A DNA stretch of 64,000 bases from an uncultured Candidatus Saccharibacteria bacterium (GTDB taxonomy: Bacteria; Patescibacteriota; Minisyncoccia; GWC2-36-17; WO2-46-25): assembly GCA_964359755.1 (NCBI GenBank), contig CAYHUB010000002.1, positions 924-64,923 of the forward strand. Reading direction: 5' to 3'. Below, piece after piece: positions 1-8,706 of this stretch (positions within the stretch are counted from its first letter, which is position 1; each line of letters starts with the position of its first letter). The notes below the pieces were generated by a model that searched no databases, was not told the DNA's origin, and saw nothing but the letters and a program-made list of their open reading frames with translations. Both the position numbers and the translations under genes were made by a program.

Positions 1-890
1 TCGGAGAGACCCGCTTCCATCATCTCTTTATCGAGGTGTATCATGATGTCGTGGTTGCTCTTGTGCAGGGGGTGCAGATGAACGCCCTGATACAACGAAC
101 GCTCTTTTTCAAGAAGATTTTGCAAGAACTCCTCCGCATCATACTTTTTGAACGCGAGATGCTTGGGATTGAACTGCGTGTAATCAAGAACGTTTTGCGT
201 TACCCGTTCGAGCTTCATGATATCTTCAAATATCATCGAAGCTCTTTTCCTGCCTGTGCCGCTGAGCGAATCATCGTCTTTAAGATGTTGTGCGTGGCCT
301 CCGCTGCTCGTAAGCGCATTTCGTGTTACATGCGCGATTTGCGAATATCGCTGTCCGAGGATCGACACCAGTTTTTTTTGCACGGCATCATCTTTTTCTT
401 GTGCATTTCCGTGCGCATGCGCGATTGCGCCTGCGACGAAATCACTAACAATCCCCGCTGTTCGTGTGGTTTCAGCTGATATTTCGAGCGTTGATGTAAA
501 GTCAAAAACCATGATTCCCAGCGGCTTCTCTTCTTTCAAAAGAGGAGCGAAGACGATTGAGGTAATGCTGCGGTACGCCACATGTTCTTTCAGGTGCGGT
601 GTTCGCGGATCGCGCGCGGGATCGTGTACGTGCACCACGCAACGATCCTTATGCATAACATTTTTTAAGAAGTCGGCGTGCTTTCCGACGACCTCTTGTC
701 CGACGCTGTGGCCTTCTTTCGGGTATCCTGCGTGCAGGACCAACCGGTTGTTTTTCACGGGAAGCACAATGCAACAGCGCGAGCTTCCCACGACCTTCGC
801 TCCTTTTTCCACTGCGATGTGCAGTGCGTCTGGAAGCAGTTTTTTGAGCATTTCATCCACCATTTCCGCAAACGCAATCAACTTTTTCAT
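1..890 (-). CDS. GAF-domain sensor histidine kinase (partial, runs off window start)
   Basis: Not in the ORF track because it is open at the edge. Hand translation from ATG 890: MKKLIAFAEMVDEML...SSRCCIVLPVKNNRLVLHAGYP...SITSIVFAPLLKEEKPLGIMVFD (GAF-like), then SQIAHVTRNALTSSGGHA (HisKA H-box-like) and LERVTQNVLDYT. GGAGGG SD lies upstream. Confidence 0.8.
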   Translation of the reverse strand, partial: MKKLIAFAEMVDEMLKKLLPDALHIAVEKGAKVVGSSRCCIVLPVKNNRLVLHAGYPKEGHSVGQEVVGKHADFLKNVMHKDRCVVHVHDPARDPRTPHLKEHVAYRSITSIVFAPLLKEEKPLGIMVFDFTSTLEISAETTRTAGIVSDFVAGAIAHAHGNAQEKDDAVQKKLVSILGQRYSQIAHVTRNALTSSGGHAQHLKDDDSLSGTGRKRASMIFEDIMKLERVTQNVLDYTQFNPKHLAFKKYDAEEFLQNLLEKERSLYQGVHLHPLHKSNHDIMIHLDKEMMEAGLS

Positions 891-945
891 GACTCCCTCC
901 TTTTTATATTCTATTGTTTAATGTGCGTCGTTTTTGAATAGACTT

Positions 946-974
946 ATTGTACGCTATTTTTTTGAATCGGTCAA
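946..974 (-). promoter_or_regulatory. sigma70-type promoter of the histidine kinase gene
   Basis: Minus strand TTGACC (974-969), 17 bp spacer, TACAAT (951-946). Confidence 0.65.
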
Positions 975-1077
975 CCCCGTTAGAAGTCTTACATTCATCG
1001 ATTCGTCGCTCTGATTATTGATGCGAAGATGGTAATAATTTTAAAAGTTTCACTTATAAGACTTCTAACGGGGTCAA
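970..1077. repeat. Palindromic MITE/REP-like element, family A copy 1
   Basis: 18-bp perfect inverted repeat ACCCCGTTAGAAGTCTTA (974-991) / TAAGACTTCTAACGGGGT (1057-1074). GTCAA direct repeat at 970-974 and 1073-1077. Ends are shared with 8571-8706. Confidence 0.85.
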
Positions 1078-1123
1078 GCGTATTTTCTTGATAGTTTCTG
1101 CATTTTCGAGTACTATTTCCTGT

Positions 1124-4100
1124 ATGGAACAAGAAAAAGAAGGGCAAAAATCTCAGCTTGCGCGCATGGAAGAGGAGGTTCTTGCATGGTGGGAAGAAAA
1201 AAAAGTATTCAAGCAGGTTCTCGCAAAACGAAAGAAAGGAAAACTTTTCGTATTTTACGAAGGCCCGCCGACGGCAAACGGCATGCCGCATCCCGGGCAT
1301 GTGATGGGGCGGTGTTTTAAGGATCTTTTTTTGCGGTATAAATCGATGCAGGGGTATTTTGTTCCGCGGCACGCGGGGTGGGATACGCACGGTCTGCCGG
1401 TAGAGATCGAAATAGAAAAAAAGCTCGGTATCGCGAAAAAAGCGGACATCGAGAAATTCGGCATCGGGGAATTCAACCGGTTGTGCAAAGAATCGGTGTG
1501 GAACTATAAAGACGAATGGGAAAAGATGACCCATCGCATCGGGTTTTGGCTTGATATGGATCACCCGTACATCACCTATGACGCGAAGTACATGGAAACG
1601 TTGTGGTGGATCATTGCGCGCATATTTGAAAAAGGGCTGTTGGTGGAGGATTACAAGGTGATGCCGTATTGCGCGCGGTGTGGCACCGGCCTTTCGTCGC
1701 ATGAGCTCGCGCAAGGGTATAAGACGGTGAAAGACAAGTCGGTGTATGTGAAGTTTCCTTTGGTGCGTCATGCGCCCGAAGAGCGTGTGTACGAAAAAGC
1801 AAAACACAAAACAGTGTTTGACGAACATGACGACCCATCGGTGCGCGAATATTTTTTGGTATGGACGACGACGCCCTGGACGCTTCCCGCGAACGTCGCG
1901 CTTGCGGTTCACCCTGATATTACCTATGTAAAAGCAAAAAAAGAAAACGAAGTGCTTATCGTGGCGCGCGATCGTATGCAGGTGCTTGGTGAGGGATGGG
2001 AGATCATGAAGACGATGAAGGGAAAAGAGCTTCTCGGCGAGCGATACGAACAATTATTCACATTTCTTACGCCCGACAAAGACGCGTTTTTTATCGTTGC
2101 GGGTGATTTTGTTTCTGCGGCAGACGGATCGGGGATCGTGCATCTTGCGCCCGCATACGGAGAGGATGATATGGTGATGGCAAAAAAATATGATCTCCCG
2201 GTGTTGCATCCGGTACAGGAAAATGGGGAATTTGCCGCGCCAATCCCGTGGAGAGGGATGTTTGTAAAAAACACCGATGAAGCGATCGTAACTGATCTCA
2301 AAGAGAGAGGGCTTTTCTTTAAAGAGGAAACATACGAACACGAATATCCGTTTTGCTGGCGGTGCGACACGCCCATTTTGTATTATGCGCGGAAATCGTG
2401 GTTCATTACGATGTCCGGCTTGCGGGAGAAATTGATCGAAAATAATAAAAAGGTCAATTGGGTTCCTGCTCATACAAAGGAGGGGCGGTTCGGCGAATGG
2501 CTTGCGCAGGCAAAGGACTGGGCATTTTCCCGCGAGCGGTATTGGGGAACCCCCCTGCCGGTATGGCGGTGCGACGGGTGCGGGAAGATAGAAGCGGTGG
2601 GGAGCGTCGCCGAGCTTGGCGAACGCTCACAGTTGAAGAATCGGTATGTTGCGATGCGCCACGGGCAAGCACTGTTCAATGCAAAACGCGTCGCGGAAAC
2701 ATCGGGGAGAGCGGAAAATCATCTTACGAAAAAAGGAATTCAGGAAAGCAAAGCGTCGCTCGCGCGTTTTACCAAAAAGAATAAAGGAGTTGTCCCTGAT
2801 ATCATCATTACTTCGCCATTTCCGCGTACGCAGGAAACGGCGCACATTACGGCGGAATATTTCGGTATCGCGCCCGAGCGCATCATCACGGACGCGGCGA
2901 TCGCGGAGATTGAGATAGGTGTATTTGACGGCAGGCCGGTGAAAGAATATCACGCGTATTTTTCTTCGTACGAGGAAATGTTTGAAAAACGCCCGCCTGA
3001 GGGCAAGAGCCTGACTGATCTGCGTGTGCGCATGACCGCGTTTTTGAGGCGCATAGAAGAAAAATATGAAGGGAAAACCATTTTTATCATCAGTCATGAG
3101 TATGCGGTGTGGATGTTGGAAACGGCATTGCTCGGATATGACCTTGCAGAAACCGTCGTGGCAAAAAAGAAAAAAGGAGACGATTATATAGCGACCGGGG
3201 AGATCCGCGCATTGCCGAGCGCGCGCTTACCCCTTGATGAAAAAGGATTTTTAGATCTGCATAAACCGCATATTGATGCCATCACCTTTGCGTGCCGAGC
3301 ATGCGAGAAGGGGATAATGAGGCGCGTGCCCGAGGTGTGCGATGTGTGGTTTGATTCCGGCGCGATGCCGTTTGCGCAGGCGCACTTTCCGTTCGCGCAA
3401 GACAGCAAAAAAGCCGGCGCGCAAAAAAGCATCGCACAGCGCATGAAGCAGATCCCGTACCCCGCCGATTTTATCACCGAGGGCGTGGACCAGACGCGCG
3501 GGTGGTTTTATACGCTTCTTGCGGTTGCGACCGCGCTTGACACCGGAATCCCGTATCGCACCGTGGTGTCGCAGGGGCATATTTTGGACAAGCACGGGAA
3601 AAAAATGTCCAAGTCGAAAAAGAATTATACCGATCCGCTTGCAATCGCGGATGCATACGGTATTGATGCGCTCCGGTGGTATTTTTTCGTGGTGAACCCG
3701 GTGGGGGAGCCGAAGCGGTTTGATGAAAAGGACGTGCTTGATGCTCAGCGCAAATCGGTCATGATGCTTATCAATGTCGGTAATTTTCTTAAATCATATG
3801 CGTATGCCGGGCGATTGCCGGCAAAACTTCCGCCGGTGAAAAACTTGCTCGACCGGTGGATCATTTCCCGCATGAACCATACGATTGCCGCAGTGACGGA
3901 AGCCATGGACGCGTATGACGCGCAAACCGCGGGGCGCCATCTTGCGGCGCTTCTCGACGATGTTTCGAATTGGTATATCCGCCGCTCGCGGGAGCGATTC
4001 CAGCTCGCTGAAGACGCACGCGATCATAAGGCCGCAAGCGCGGTGCTTCGCATGGTGTTTGAGCAGACGCTGGTTCTTGCATCACCGTTCATTCCATTCA

Positions 4101-4693
4101 CAACAGAAAAGCTATGGCTGAATATGGGTAAAAAAACAAGCATTCATCTTGAAAAGTATCCGTCTTCGGATAAAAAACGAATTGATAAGAAGCTTGAGTA
4201 TGCTATGATGCATATACGAGAAGCGGCGAGTATGGCGCTTAAAGCGAGAGCGGATGCGCGCATAAAGGTGCGACAGCCGCTGGGAATGCTAACAATCAGC
4301 GGGAAAACGTTTGCAGTCGCAAAAAAGGAACTTCTTCGTCTTCTCAAAGACGAAGTGAACGTGAAAGAGGTTGTCGTGGACGGTGCGCTTGCCGAGGGTA
4401 TCCAACTTGATACGACTATTACACCCGCATTACAAGAAGAAGGAATGATGCGGGAGATCACGCGACACATCCAGCAGGCGCGCAAAGATGACGGACTTAC
4501 GAAACAAGACAGCGTTATTCTCCGTTGTGCCGTTGAGGGAAACGCACGACGCGCGTTTGAAACAGGGAGCGGGCGATTACTGCAGAGGGTTGTCGCGCGC
4601 AACATAGAGTATGTTATGCGGGAAGCCATGAAGAGTCCCCGTGAGATCGAAGGGGAAAATTATCATGTGTGGTTTGAAATACAAAAAATATGA
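1124..4693 (+). CDS. ileS: Isoleucine--tRNA ligase (type 2) with inserted histidine-phosphatase domain
   Basis: FYEGPPTANGMPHPGH (HIGH equivalent), GWDTHGLPVE, WTTTPWTLPAN, SRERYWGTPLPVW, DQTRGWFY and KMSKS. An RHG-motif insert lies at ~2636-3230. Start placed at ATG 1124, after a TTGATA-17-TACTAT promoter. Confidence 0.97.
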   Translation: MEQEKEGQKSQLARMEEEVLAWWEEKKVFKQVLAKRKKGKLFVFYEGPPTANGMPHPGHVMGRCFKDLFLRYKSMQGYFVPRHAGWDTHGLPVEIEIEKKLGIAKKADIEKFGIGEFNRLCKESVWNYKDEWEKMTHRIGFWLDMDHPYITYDAKYMETLWWIIARIFEKGLLVEDYKVMPYCARCGTGLSSHELAQGYKTVKDKSVYVKFPLVRHAPEERVYEKAKHKTVFDEHDDPSVREYFLVWTTTPWTLPANVALAVHPDITYVKAKKENEVLIVARDRMQVLGEGWEIMKTMKGKELLGERYEQLFTFLTPDKDAFFIVAGDFVSAADGSGIVHLAPAYGEDDMVMAKKYDLPVLHPVQENGEFAAPIPWRGMFVKNTDEAIVTDLKERGLFFKEETYEHEYPFCWRCDTPILYYARKSWFITMSGLREKLIENNKKVNWVPAHTKEGRFGEWLAQAKDWAFSRERYWGTPLPVWRCDGCGKIEAVGSVAELGERSQLKNRYVAMRHGQALFNAKRVAETSGRAENHLTKKGIQESKASLARFTKKNKGVVPDIIITSPFPRTQETAHITAEYFGIAPERIITDAAIAEIEIGVFDGRPVKEYHAYFSSYEEMFEKRPPEGKSLTDLRVRMTAFLRRIEEKYEGKTIFIISHEYAVWMLETALLGYDLAETVVAKKKKGDDYIATGEIRALPSARLPLDEKGFLDLHKPHIDAITFACRACEKGIMRRVPEVCDVWFDSGAMPFAQAHFPFAQDSKKAGAQKSIAQRMKQIPYPADFITEGVDQTRGWFYTLLAVATALDTGIPYRTVVSQGHILDKHGKKMSKSKKNYTDPLAIADAYGIDALRWYFFVVNPVGEPKRFDEKDVLDAQRKSVMMLINVGNFLKSYAYAGRLPAKLPPVKNLLDRWIISRMNHTIAAVTEAMDAYDAQTAGRHLAALLDDVSNWYIRRSRERFQLAEDARDHKAASAVLRMVFEQTLVLASPFIPFTTEKLWLNMGKKTSIHLEKYPSSDKKRIDKKLEYAMMHIREAASMALKARADARIKVRQPLGMLTISGKTFAVAKKELLRLLKDEVNVKEVVVDGALAEGIQLDTTITPALQEEGMMREITRHIQQARKDDGLTKQDSVILRCAVEGNARRAFETGSGRLLQRVVARNIEYVMREAMKSPREIEGENYHVWFEIQKI

Positions 4694-5271
4694 GTCAGCG
4701 GTCTACGATTGCCCTTGTGGTAAAAAGAAAAAACAAAGGAGAGCACGATCAGCTGCTTACGCTGTTTACGAAGCGATACGGAAAGATCGAGTTTATATGC
4801 CGCGGAATCCGGAAAAAAGAAGCAAAGCTTGCCGGGCACTTGGGGTTGTTGTGTCTTTCAGACGTGAGTTTCGTGCTGGGGAAACACACCAAGGTGCTTA
4901 CCTCCGCGTGCAATCGCGAACATTTTGCCGCGATCAAAAAAGATCTTTTGAAGCTGAAGGCGGCGCAGCGCATTATGAAGCTTCTTGACGCGTACACGAT
5001 CACGGAGGAAAAGGACGAAGCGATCTTTAACCTTGTCGTCGGCGCGCTTGATTATTTGAATCGGCGGGAGATGACAACGCTTGAGCTGAAATTCTTCCTC
5101 CGTTATTTTGAATTTAAATTTTTAAGCGTGCTAGGATATGAGCCGGAGGACAAGACGATCATGCGGGCGTTCGGCAATCAGCATATCGCGCTTTCTGAGG
5201 ATGACCTGGACACGATGGAAGAGGTCTTTGACCGTCATTTTAAAGATATTTACGGAGCAGTGAACATATAA
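4690..5271 (+). CDS. recO: DNA repair protein RecO
   Basis: N-terminal GEHDQLLTLFTKRYGKI..RGIRK..KLAG and C-terminal FEFKFLSVLGYEP are RecO hallmarks. ATGA overlap with ileS. Confidence 0.88.
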   Translation: MSQRSTIALVVKRKNKGEHDQLLTLFTKRYGKIEFICRGIRKKEAKLAGHLGLLCLSDVSFVLGKHTKVLTSACNREHFAAIKKDLLKLKAAQRIMKLLDAYTITEEKDEAIFNLVVGALDYLNRREMTTLELKFFLRYFEFKFLSVLGYEPEDKTIMRAFGNQHIALSEDDLDTMEEVFDRHFKDIYGAVNI

Positions 5272-5274
5272 ACT

Positions 5275-7161
5275 ATGGACAGTCGTTTAGAAGAATTTGA
5301 AAAAAAACTATATACCCGGAAAGAGGATGAGACGGTGAAGCAGAAAGGGTATGAGGTATATAAAGAAGAAGACGCTACGCAGATGCAGGGCAGATGGGAA
5401 AAGAGCGAGCCGGCTTCTTTGTCTCTGGGAGCAAGAAAAATACGCGTTATGCCGATCCTTGCGGCGGCGTTTTTTGCGCTTATGATAAGCGGGGGGTATT
5501 ATCTTTTCACGCGCGAACAGCCGTTTGACGCACAAAGCGTGTACGGCGAGATATCCGGTCCGGAGCGCGTATCGTCGGGCGATGAAGTGTCGTATACGAT
5601 TACGTATCGGAACAATACAAATGTCGCGCTACGAGGGGGAAGCATGGTGTTTACATGGCCGGAAGACTCGGTGGCGCTTGATGAGGGCGACGCAGCGGCA
5701 AGGGAGGTAAGGGAGGAGATAGGCATGATCGTTCCGGGACAAGAAAAAAGTGCGACCTTTAAAAGAAGAATATATGGGATGAAGGATGAGCAAAAAGAGG
5801 TTTCTGCGGTGTTTCGGTATACGCCCGAGAATGTTGCGAAAGAGATCGAGGATAAAAAAACAAAGGCGCTCATGATCGTAGCAACGCCGCTCGCGCTTAT
5901 CATTCAAGCACCCGGGCAAGCGGTTTCCGATAAGGAGATCGAAATCGCCGTGGAGTATCAGAATCAGTCCGATGCGTCTTTTCCCGACATGGAGTTGCGT
6001 GCGGTATATCCGAAAGATTTTACCTTTGTGTCCGCCGATCCGGCTCCTTCATCAGAAAATAATGTGTGGAAGATCGGTGATATTGAAGGGAGAGAGAGCG
6101 GAACAATAAAAATAAAAGGAAGCTTCTTTGGCGCGCAGGGAGAGACGAAATCAGTGTATATGGAGCTTGGTGTTAAGGGGGATAATAACGCGTTCATGCA
6201 ATATGCCCGTGCAGACAGCACGGTGGCCATTGCGTCATCGGCACTATTCGTTTTTTTAACAGCCAATGATTCGCGTGATTATGCCGCAAATCCCGGGGGA
6301 TCCGTTCAATTCAAAGTACATTACAAAAACACCACGAATGTGCAGATCCCGAATGTCACGATATTGGCGAATATTGATAAGACATATATAGAGATAAAAA
6401 CGCTGTCCGTGCAGTGGGGAGTGATTGACGGAAGGACGAATTCGATCATCTGGAACCCAGTCAGCGTTCCGGAGCTTGCGGTGCTTGACCCGAAGGAAGA
6501 AGGAGTCGTGTCGTTTTCCGCAGCATTAAAAACCGGATTTTTACCGAAGAATTTTTCAGATAAAAACTTGACCGTTGTTGCGCGTACGCGCATTACTGCC
6601 GCAACATCGCCCGAGAGTTTGAGCGGTTTGCCGCTTGAAAGCAAAGACGAGGTCAGCGTGAAAATAAATACGCAATTCTCGTTCAATGAAAAAGCGTATT
6701 TCCAGGACGGACTTCTCCAGAACACCGGTCCATTTCCTCCAACGGTTGGCCAACGGACGACCGTTGGGATATCATGGCAGTTATCAAGTACTATCAACGA
6801 CGTTGATGAAGTTGAGGTGACTGCGGTAGTGCCGCCGAACGTCGAATGGACGGGAAATGTGTATCCTCAGGATGCAAGTATAACGTATGATCTCGACCGA
6901 GGGGTAATCCGATGGAAGCCGGCGAGGGTGTTTGCGGGCACCGGCATCCTTCTTTCTCCTTTGCGCGTTGATTTTCAGCTTGCGTTCACGCCCGCGGACG
7001 CGCATATAGGGCAGGTGATTAATTTAATATCCGGCGCAACGCTCAAAGCGGTGGACGCATTTACCGGAACGCAGATGGACCGGCAAGTGTCTCCGGTCAA
7101 TACGGATCTGTTAAATTCCATGAAAAGAGAACAAGGAAGAGTTATTGGAACGGGTTTTTAG
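5275..7161 (+). CDS. Single-pass membrane protein with repeated Ig-like (DUF11-like) extracellular domains
   Basis: One N-terminal TM helix, then repeated beta-rich modules (VSYTITYRN, IAVEYQNQS..FTFVSADP..WKIG, FKVHYKN). Confidence 0.6.
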   Translation: MDSRLEEFEKKLYTRKEDETVKQKGYEVYKEEDATQMQGRWEKSEPASLSLGARKIRVMPILAAAFFALMISGGYYLFTREQPFDAQSVYGEISGPERVSSGDEVSYTITYRNNTNVALRGGSMVFTWPEDSVALDEGDAAAREVREEIGMIVPGQEKSATFKRRIYGMKDEQKEVSAVFRYTPENVAKEIEDKKTKALMIVATPLALIIQAPGQAVSDKEIEIAVEYQNQSDASFPDMELRAVYPKDFTFVSADPAPSSENNVWKIGDIEGRESGTIKIKGSFFGAQGETKSVYMELGVKGDNNAFMQYARADSTVAIASSALFVFLTANDSRDYAANPGGSVQFKVHYKNTTNVQIPNVTILANIDKTYIEIKTLSVQWGVIDGRTNSIIWNPVSVPELAVLDPKEEGVVSFSAALKTGFLPKNFSDKNLTVVARTRITAATSPESLSGLPLESKDEVSVKINTQFSFNEKAYFQDGLLQNTGPFPPTVGQRTTVGISWQLSSTINDVDEVEVTAVVPPNVEWTGNVYPQDASITYDLDRGVIRWKPARVFAGTGILLSPLRVDFQLAFTPADAHIGQVINLISGATLKAVDAFTGTQMDRQVSPVNTDLLNSMKREQGRVIGTGF

Positions 7162-7168
7162 CAAGAAA

Positions 7169-8584
7169 ATGGCGGTACAAAAAATGGAAGAGCAAATAAC
7201 ACTGGAAGATATTGTTTCGTTGTGCAAACGCAGAGGATTCGTATATCCGTCGTCTGACATCTATGGCGGGTTTGCCGGCGTGTATGATTACGGGCACTAC
7301 GGTATTTTATTGAAAAATAATATCCAGGCGGCGTGGTGGCGGCACATGGTGCAGCTGCGCGATGATGTGTACGGACTCGATAGCGCTATTTTTATGCACC
7401 CCACAACATGGGTGGCATCCGGGCATGTGGGGGGGTTCAATGATCCCCAGGTGGACTGCAGGAAGTGCAAGAATCGCATGCGCGCGGATCACCTCCTTGA
7501 AGCGTTTGGCATCAACGCCGACAAGGCGACGATTGAATACATCAATGCCGAGCTCGACCGACTGAGGGAAAAAAAGGAACTGAAATGCGCGACGTGCGGC
7601 TCTTCTGATCTGACACAGGCCCGGGTCTTTTCGCTCATGGTGAAATCAAATCTCGGTTCTCCCACCGAGGAGCTGACCGACGAGAACGCGGTATATTTGC
7701 GCCCCGAAACGTGCGGTGGCATTTATTTGGAATATAAAAACACCATTGATTCCCTGCATCCGAAACTGCCGTTCGGTATCGCGCAGGTTGGCAAAGCATT
7801 TCGCAACGAAATCGTCGCGCGCCAGTTTGTGTTCCGCACACGGGAGTTCGAACAAATGGAAATGCAATATTTTCTGCATCCGGATGATATGAAAAAAAGC
7901 TACGAGATGTGGAAGCAGGAACGATGGCAGTGGTATGTGGCATACGGGATCCCGAAAGAAAAGATACGGTGGTATCAGCACGAAAAGCTCGCGCACTATG
8001 CGTCGGAGGCGTACGACATCGAGTTTTCGTTCTCGTCGCTCGGAGGCTTTAAAGAAGTGGAGGGCATTCATGCGCGCGGCGACTGGGACTTGTCGCAGCA
8101 CGCGAAATATTCCGGCGTTGACCTGTCGTATACGGATGAAGCTACCAAACAAACATTCATCCCGCATATTATGGAAACATCCGTCGGGCTGGGGCGGCTG
8201 TTTTTGATGTTTCTTGATCATGCCTACACCCAGGAAGAGGTGAACGGGGAAACACGGACGGTACTGAAGCTCGATAAACGGCTGGCTCCCGTGAAAGTTG
8301 CGGTGTTCCCGCTGTTGCGCAACAAGCCGGAGCTCGTGCAAAAAGCCCGCGCCGTGTATGATATACTCAAAGGCGTTTTTATGTGCGAGTTCGATGACAA
8401 CGGCAACATCGGCAAACGATACCGGAGACAGGACGAGATCGGTACGCCGTGGTGCCTTACTATTGATTTTCAGACGCTTGAGGATGGCACGATCACGGTG
8501 CGCGACCGCGACACGCTCGCGCAGGAGCGCGTGGCAATCGCCAGCTGTGCCGCATACTTACAAGAAAAATATGAATCCCGTTAG
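7169..8584 (+). CDS. glyQS: Glycine--tRNA ligase (alpha2 homodimeric type)
   Basis: LCKRRGFVYPSSDIYGG, YLRPET, AQVGKAFRNEI, FRTREFEQMEMQ and IGKRYRRQDEIGTP. Start could be 7169 or 7184. Confidence 0.96.
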   Translation: MAVQKMEEQITLEDIVSLCKRRGFVYPSSDIYGGFAGVYDYGHYGILLKNNIQAAWWRHMVQLRDDVYGLDSAIFMHPTTWVASGHVGGFNDPQVDCRKCKNRMRADHLLEAFGINADKATIEYINAELDRLREKKELKCATCGSSDLTQARVFSLMVKSNLGSPTEELTDENAVYLRPETCGGIYLEYKNTIDSLHPKLPFGIAQVGKAFRNEIVARQFVFRTREFEQMEMQYFLHPDDMKKSYEMWKQERWQWYVAYGIPKEKIRWYQHEKLAHYASEAYDIEFSFSSLGGFKEVEGIHARGDWDLSQHAKYSGVDLSYTDEATKQTFIPHIMETSVGLGRLFLMFLDHAYTQEEVNGETRTVLKLDKRLAPVKVAVFPLLRNKPELVQKARAVYDILKGVFMCEFDDNGNIGKRYRRQDEIGTPWCLTIDFQTLEDGTITVRDRDTLAQERVAIASCAAYLQEKYESR

Positions 8585-8706
8585 AAGTCCTTGGCATAAA
8601 ATTTCTTAGAAATTTTATGTGAGACGGTAACAAGGGGAAATACGCGAAACATTATTTACTTTTATGACAATGATAATACTAAAATACGAACTTCTAACGG
8701 GATGAA
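8571..8706. repeat. Palindromic MITE/REP-like element, family A copy 2
   Basis: 14-bp perfect inverted repeat ATCCCGTTAGAAGT (8575-8588) / ACTTCTAACGGGAT (8690-8703). ATGAA direct repeat at 8571-8575 and 8702-8706. Confidence 0.85.

Noticed and set aside
36-941. Plus-strand ORFs at the window start
   Set aside because: The minus-strand frame encodes a coherent GAF-HisKA protein with SD and promoter.
995-2053. 352-aa minus-strand ORF and similar long antisense ORFs (e.g. 43109-44086, 7646-8341)
   Set aside because: These are shadow frames opposite well-supported genes (ileS, gyrA, glyQS), with no recognisable motifs.
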